A DNA stretch of 32,000 nt from the NCBI RefSeq assembly GCF_000011465.1, contig NC_005072.1, positions 510,001 to 542,000 of the forward strand, read 5' to 3'. This stretch comes from Prochlorococcus marinus subsp. pastoris str. CCMP1986. Its GTDB lineage: Bacteria; Cyanobacteriota; Cyanobacteriia; PCC-6307; Cyanobiaceae. The notes beneath the pieces were generated by a model that worked only from the letters and a program-made list of their open reading frames with translations, was not told the origin of the DNA and ran no database searches. Every line of letters begins with the position of its first letter. Position 1 is the stretch's first letter. A program made the translations under genes and the position numbers. This document shows positions 28,266 to 32,000 of this stretch, piece after piece.

Positions 28266-28344
28266 TTCTTAATCTATTTAATTTTAGTTCTTACGATAAC
28301 TTTTAATAGTTGTTATGTTTTAACTAAATAAACCAGAAATTTAA

Positions 28345-28578
28345 ATGGAAAGTATTTTTAATAATTCATTTGCTACTTTAGTTGCCTACGTAGGGATTGT
28401 TTCTATTTATTTATTGGTTATTCCGTTAATACTTTTTTACTGGATGAATAATAGATGGAACGTTATGGGCAAATTTGAGAGATTAATAGTTTATGGATTA
28501 GTATTTCTTTTCTTTCCAGGTTTAATTTTATTTTCTCCATTTTTAAATCTAAGATTAAGAGGAGATAGCAAAGGTTAA
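28345..28578 (+). CDS. ndhL: NAD(P)H-quinone oxidoreductase (NDH-1) subunit L
   Basis: 77 aa with two TM helices. The segment [34 protein letters not shown] matches the conserved NdhL core as I recall it. Confidence 0.75.
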   Translation: MESIFNNSFATLVAYVGIVSIYLLVIPLILFYWMNNRWNVMGKFERLIVYGLVFLFFPGLILFSPFLNLRLRGDSKG

Positions 28579-28581
28579 ATT

Positions 28582-28902
28582 TTGACTAAAGGTAAGGTTG
28601 TACAAATAGGTTTATTAATCTCATTATTAGGATTATTAAGTTATAAATTAGCGCCACAATTGGGTATCGATAACTTTACAGCTAGCACAATCTCTAACTT
28701 TGTTTTGATTGTGATTGTCATAAGTTGGGTTACATCTTATGTTCTTAGAGTTTTAAACGGAAAAATGACTTTTATGGAACAAAGGAAGCGCTATAGAAAA
28801 GAGTATGAAAAAATTGTGAATGATAAACTAGAAACCAAATTTAACTTATTACCAAAAGAAGAGCAGGAAAAACTAATGGAAGATTTAGAAAAAAATCCAT
28901 AA
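28582..28902 (+). CDS. Conserved small membrane protein (two N-terminal TM helices, charged C-terminal tail)
   Basis: 106 aa with a TTG start. It starts 3 nt after ndhL. I cannot assign a family confidently by eye. Confidence 0.5.
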   Translation: MTKGKVVQIGLLISLLGLLSYKLAPQLGIDNFTASTISNFVLIVIVISWVTSYVLRVLNGKMTFMEQRKRYRKEYEKIVNDKLETKFNLLPKEEQEKLMEDLEKNP

Positions 28903-28940
28903 ACTATTTAAAAATTATCAAATAAAAATCTCAAAAATTC

Positions 28941-29780
28941 ATGAAAGAAAACAAGAAAACGCAATTTCCTATAAATAAAACTTTATCAAAAATAAATAAG
29001 AAGTTTTTGGAACTAAAGAAAAGCGATAAATTAGCATTGATGCCCTTCATAATGGCAGGCGATCCTAATATTGAGACTACATCCGAGATTTTATTAAAGT
29101 TGCAAGAAAAGGGTGCAGATCTTATTGAATTAGGAATCCCTTATAGCGACCCTCTTGCTGATGGCCCAATAATTCAATTATCAGCTTCTAGAGCATTAAA
29201 GTCAGGAACTACATTGAAAAATGTTATTCAATTATTAGAGTCTTTAAAAGATAAGTTGCATATTCCAATAATACTTTTCACTTATTTTAATCCTGTATTA
29301 AATTTTGGACTTGAGAATTTTTGTGAATTGGCATCTAAAGTAGGAGTCTCAGGATTAATAATTCCCGATCTTCCTTTGGAAGAAGCATATAAATTTTCAG
29401 AAATAATTAGTTCTTATTCTATAGACTTGATATTATTAGTTGCTCCTACTACTCCCTCTGAAAGAATGAAAATTATATCTAATAATACAAAAGGTTTTAC
29501 TTATTTAGTAAGCGTAACAGGAGTAACTGGAGAGAGAAACAAAATGGAAAATAGAGTAGAGAATCTTATTACTAAATTACAAGAAATAAGCATTAATCCT
29601 GTAGCGGTTGGTTTTGGAATATCTTCTCCTGAACATGTTAATAAAGTTCGTAAATGGGGGGCAGATGGAGTAATTATTGGTAGTGCATTTGTTAAAAGAA
29701 TCTCTAATAGTAATGAAAAGGAAGTTGTTAATCAAATTGGTAAATTTTGTGAAGAAATGCGTAAAGCTGCTGATCAATAA
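28941..29780 (+). CDS. trpA: Tryptophan synthase alpha subunit
   Basis: 279 aa, with motifs ELGIPYSDPLADGPIIQ and GFGISSPEH, plus GVIIGSAFVK. Confidence 0.95.
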   Translation: MKENKKTQFPINKTLSKINKKFLELKKSDKLALMPFIMAGDPNIETTSEILLKLQEKGADLIELGIPYSDPLADGPIIQLSASRALKSGTTLKNVIQLLESLKDKLHIPIILFTYFNPVLNFGLENFCELASKVGVSGLIIPDLPLEEAYKFSEIISSYSIDLILLVAPTTPSERMKIISNNTKGFTYLVSVTGVTGERNKMENRVENLITKLQEISINPVAVGFGISSPEHVNKVRKWGADGVIIGSAFVKRISNSNEKEVVNQIGKFCEEMRKAADQ

Positions 29781-29824
29781 ATGTAATTAAAAAAGTAATT
29801 TTGTATGTTTATTTTATTAAAAAA

Positions 29825-29841
29825 CCCCTTATGAAAAGGGG
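29825..29841. terminator. Bidirectional terminator hairpin CCCCTT-ATGAA-AAGGGG between the convergent trpA and cyAbrB genes
   Basis: A 6-bp stem with four G:C pairs, flanked by A6 on the left (T6 for the minus-strand transcript) and CTTTAATT on the right. Confidence 0.65.
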
Positions 29842-29878
29842 CTTTAATTCTTATAATTAGAATAATATTTTATGGGAA

Positions 29879-30228
29879 TTATTCCGAGGGTAATAATCTT
29901 ATTTGTTTTCTCCCAAGCTTTATTTCAAACTCATCACCTGCTTTTAAGTCTAAAAGTGCTGTATATGCTTTCCCAATCAAAAGATTCCCATTACCTTGAA
30001 CTGTCGCTATATAACTTAACTTTCTACCGCCCTTACCAATACCAGCAACTCCGGTATCTCCGAGGTTAACGCCTTTTGCTTCAAGAAGTGCTTCATAAAA
30101 AGCAGTGAAATTTAAACGTTCGCTTCCATTTTTTTCGTGGAAACGTATCCACATTTACGAACAAGATCTGACTTGCTAACATCACCAAGTTCTTTAACTT
30201 TAGCAAGGAGATCGCTACCACTTAGCAT
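29879..30228 (-). pseudogene. Cyanobacterial AbrB-like transcriptional regulator (cyAbrB) interrupted by a 1-nt frameshift in an A7 run
   Basis: The N-terminal part, from ATG 30228, reads MLSGSDLLAKVKELGDVSKSDLVRKCGYVSTKK and then terminates after MEANV (stop 30112-30114). The C-terminal part continues in the -1 frame as NGSERLNFTAFYEALLEAKGV...NGNLLIGKAYTALLDLKAGDEFEIKLGRKQIRLLPSE. The junction is the plus-strand T7 at 30129-30135. Confidence 0.75.
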
Positions 30229-30324
30229 AATAAATTAATAAAAAGTTATTCTTAAATAACATAGCAATTAGTGAGTAATTTGTGCAATTATTAAGCATGT
30301 ATTTATTCAATTAGTTATCTTTTA

Positions 30325-30597
30325 ATGATGGAAAAATTTATAGTATTTGGGAAGTATTGTGACGATGCAATTAACAAAAGGGAACCATTTCGTAAAAATC
30401 ATCTTGATAGACTTGGGGATTTAAAAGATAGAAACATTTTAATTACTTTAGGACCTACTAAATGTACAAAATATTTATTTGGTATTTTTAACGCTAATAA
30501 TGAAAATGAATTAAGACAATTAATTGAGAAAGATATTTATTGGAAGGAAGGTATATGGATTGATTTTGATATTTATCCATGGATCCAAGCATTTTAA
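30325..30597 (+). CDS. YciI-like protein (dimeric alpha/beta barrel family)
   Basis: 90 aa. The pattern F.V.G.Y......R...R..HL.....K.....I..GP, followed by ...E....L...D.Y...G.W....IYPW, is typical of YciI-family proteins. Confidence 0.65.
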   Translation: MMEKFIVFGKYCDDAINKREPFRKNHLDRLGDLKDRNILITLGPTKCTKYLFGIFNANNENELRQLIEKDIYWKEGIWIDFDIYPWIQAF

Positions 30598-30813
30598 AAA
30601 AGTATATATATTAAAAAACGATAATCTTTTAGCTAATTTTATTTATAATTAGAATGTCAATTATTTTTTAAAATTGTAAAAATAAGGTTTTTATTTATAG
30701 AAAAAATTAAAAATAAATAATAGAATTTTCAATAAAAAATGTTTCTTAAACACTATGTATATATGGTTATTTAAGTTAGTTTTTAAATAAAAAAATTGCT
30801 AAGTTTAAATATT

Positions 30814-31134
30814 TTATTTACTACTGTCTTTTTTTATTTGGTTCACTAGGGAGTCGATATCTAATTGATTATATGGGTGGGTTTCTTTTATTCCTTGAGA
30901 ATTTGTCGGAATATTGTTTAGCCAATTTTGTTCTATCTTTATGAGATTTTTAACAACATTGAAAATACCTCCTTTTTTATAAAATTCTTTAACTTTTTGG
31001 GAGATTTCGGAGGTTCGGCTTGATTTGAGATTTAATTCATTAGCTAGATCTTTTTGTGTATATCCATGGGATTTTAACCAATCTTTAATAAAAGATATAA
31101 GTTCTTTCTCTTCTCCCTGTGATAGTTTACTCAT
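30814..31134 (-). CDS. Small putative HTH DNA-binding protein
   Basis: 106 aa. The segment HGYTQKDLANELNLKSSRTSEISQ has XRE-like helix-turn-helix spacing. Its ATG overlaps the stop of the upstream DUF1232 gene (ATGA). Confidence 0.5.
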   Translation of the reverse strand: MSKLSQGEEKELISFIKDWLKSHGYTQKDLANELNLKSSRTSEISQKVKEFYKKGGIFNVVKNLIKIEQNWLNNIPTNSQGIKETHPYNQLDIDSLVNQIKKDSSK

Positions 31135-31505
31135 TTAACAAAAGGGAACAATTTATTAAGTTTCCTTTCTGCTCTTGCTCTTATTGCAGGAGTCATATAT
31201 CTACTCCATATACTTAAAACTGCAGTGAGAGCAACAAAGTCATCACTGTAACCTACTAAAGGCATAAAGTCAGGAAATAGATCAAATGGCATTATTAAAT
31301 AAGCGAGTGCGGCCATTAAGGAAACTCTTACTTGTGTTGGAGTAAAAGGATCGAGAGCCATTTCTAGAACTTCTAAAGCTGGTTTTGCAATAGTTCTACC
31401 AGCTCTTATTAAGATTTTTATAATTATATTTTCATCTAATGATGAACTTTCTAAAACCTCTGCATCATAAATTTTTTCTTTGTCTTTGTAATAGCTATCA
31501 TTCAT
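31131..31505 (-). CDS. DUF1232 (YkvA-like) membrane protein
   Basis: 124 aa. AALAYLIMPFDLFPDFMPLVGYSDDFVALTAVL matches the DUF1232 signature Y...P.D.IPDFIP..GY.DD. It starts 5 nt after the sigma-factor stop. Confidence 0.75.
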   Translation of the reverse strand: MNDSYYKDKEKIYDAEVLESSSLDENIIIKILIRAGRTIAKPALEVLEMALDPFTPTQVRVSLMAALAYLIMPFDLFPDFMPLVGYSDDFVALTAVLSIWSRYMTPAIRARAERKLNKLFPFVK

Positions 31506-31510
31506 GATTT

Positions 31511-32000
31511 TTAGCTAACACTATCAACTAGTCCATTTTGGATTCCTGCTTTCCTAAGCTTTCTCAAGGCTCTTTGTACAACTTGTCTGCAATATTCTCT
31601 ACTACAACTCATATGTCTTGCAACTTCAGCCAAAGTTCTCCATTCATTTGAACCATCTAAACCGAATCTAAGGCTTACTATCTTTCTTTCTTTTTCAGTA
31701 AGATTTGCCTTGTCTAATAATGTCCAGGCAGAGGCTGTCCTCTCAGCTAGTTCTGCTAATTCCATTGGAGGCGTTTGATCGCTTGGCAGAATATCAACAA
31801 GTTCAGATGGATCCGACTTGGATTTTACCGTACCTTGAAGACTTACTGTTATACTCCTTAATTCGCAAGAAAGTAGTTCATCTATCTCCTCTTTAGTAAT
31901 TTTCAGTTCATTTGCTAACTCAATGCTAGTGGGAGGAAAACCTTTAAGTTGCATTAATTTTGATTTTGCTGCTCTTAATTTAGTAAGCTTTTCATTAATG
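31511..32000 (-). CDS. Sigma-70 family RNA polymerase sigma factor, C-terminal part (regions 3-4); the gene continues beyond the right edge
   Basis: The reading frame stays open upstream of the track Met to position 32000 (INEKLTKLRAAKSKLMQLKGFPPTSIELANEL is region 3-like). The region 4.2 HTH is TLAEVARHMSCSREYCRQVVQRALRKLRK. Confidence 0.8.
   Translation of the reverse strand, partial: INEKLTKLRAAKSKLMQLKGFPPTSIELANELKITKEEIDELLSCELRSITVSLQGTVKSKSDPSELVDILPSDQTPPMELAELAERTASAWTLLDKANLTEKERKIVSLRFGLDGSNEWRTLAEVARHMSCSREYCRQVVQRALRKLRKAGIQNGLVDSVS

Overview
This is a strongly AT-rich, very tightly packed chromosomal segment. From gene content and order I read it as core genome of a high-light-adapted Prochlorococcus marinus (MED4-like). 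That assignment is inference, since no database search was possible. Left to right the window holds: an LplA-family lipoate ligase; a 34-aa psaM that is below the ORF-track cutoff; the chlorophyll cluster por / chlL-chlB-chlN; the complete alpha-carboxysome locus (csoS1D, opposite-strand ham1/rdgB, then csoS1-cbbL-cbbS-csoS2-csoSCA-csoS4A-csoS4B and a His-less PCD-like acRAF gene); ridA, gloB, hisG; an ABC exporter translationally coupled to a GNAT; a GT2 plus DUF2064 transferase pair; dnaA; a Grx/GST-like gene divergent from gor; a CaCA antiporter; pyrC; tRNA-Leu(UAA); ndhL; trpA; a frameshifted cyAbrB regulator; a YciI-like gene; and a sigma factor - DUF1232 - HTH operon that runs off the right edge. 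I saw no CRISPR array, transposase, integrase, phage genes or long repeats, so this looks like ordinary core genome rather than an island. The observations most worth a second look are: (1) a cyAbrB-type regulator split by a 1-nt frameshift in an A7 run; (2) a GC-rich structured element with a duplicated 17-mer in the ham1-csoS1 spacer; (3) the only two CGTACG palindromes I could find by eye, both in the two carboxysome upstream spacers, one of them next to a possible small DNA-binding protein; (4) an intrinsic-terminator-like hairpin inside the cso operon between cbbS and csoS2; (5) a sigma factor tightly co-oriented with a DUF1232 membrane protein and a small HTH protein. All protein calls rest on motifs recognised by eye in the supplied translations. 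Start codons are often TTG/GTG in the track and are uncertain.
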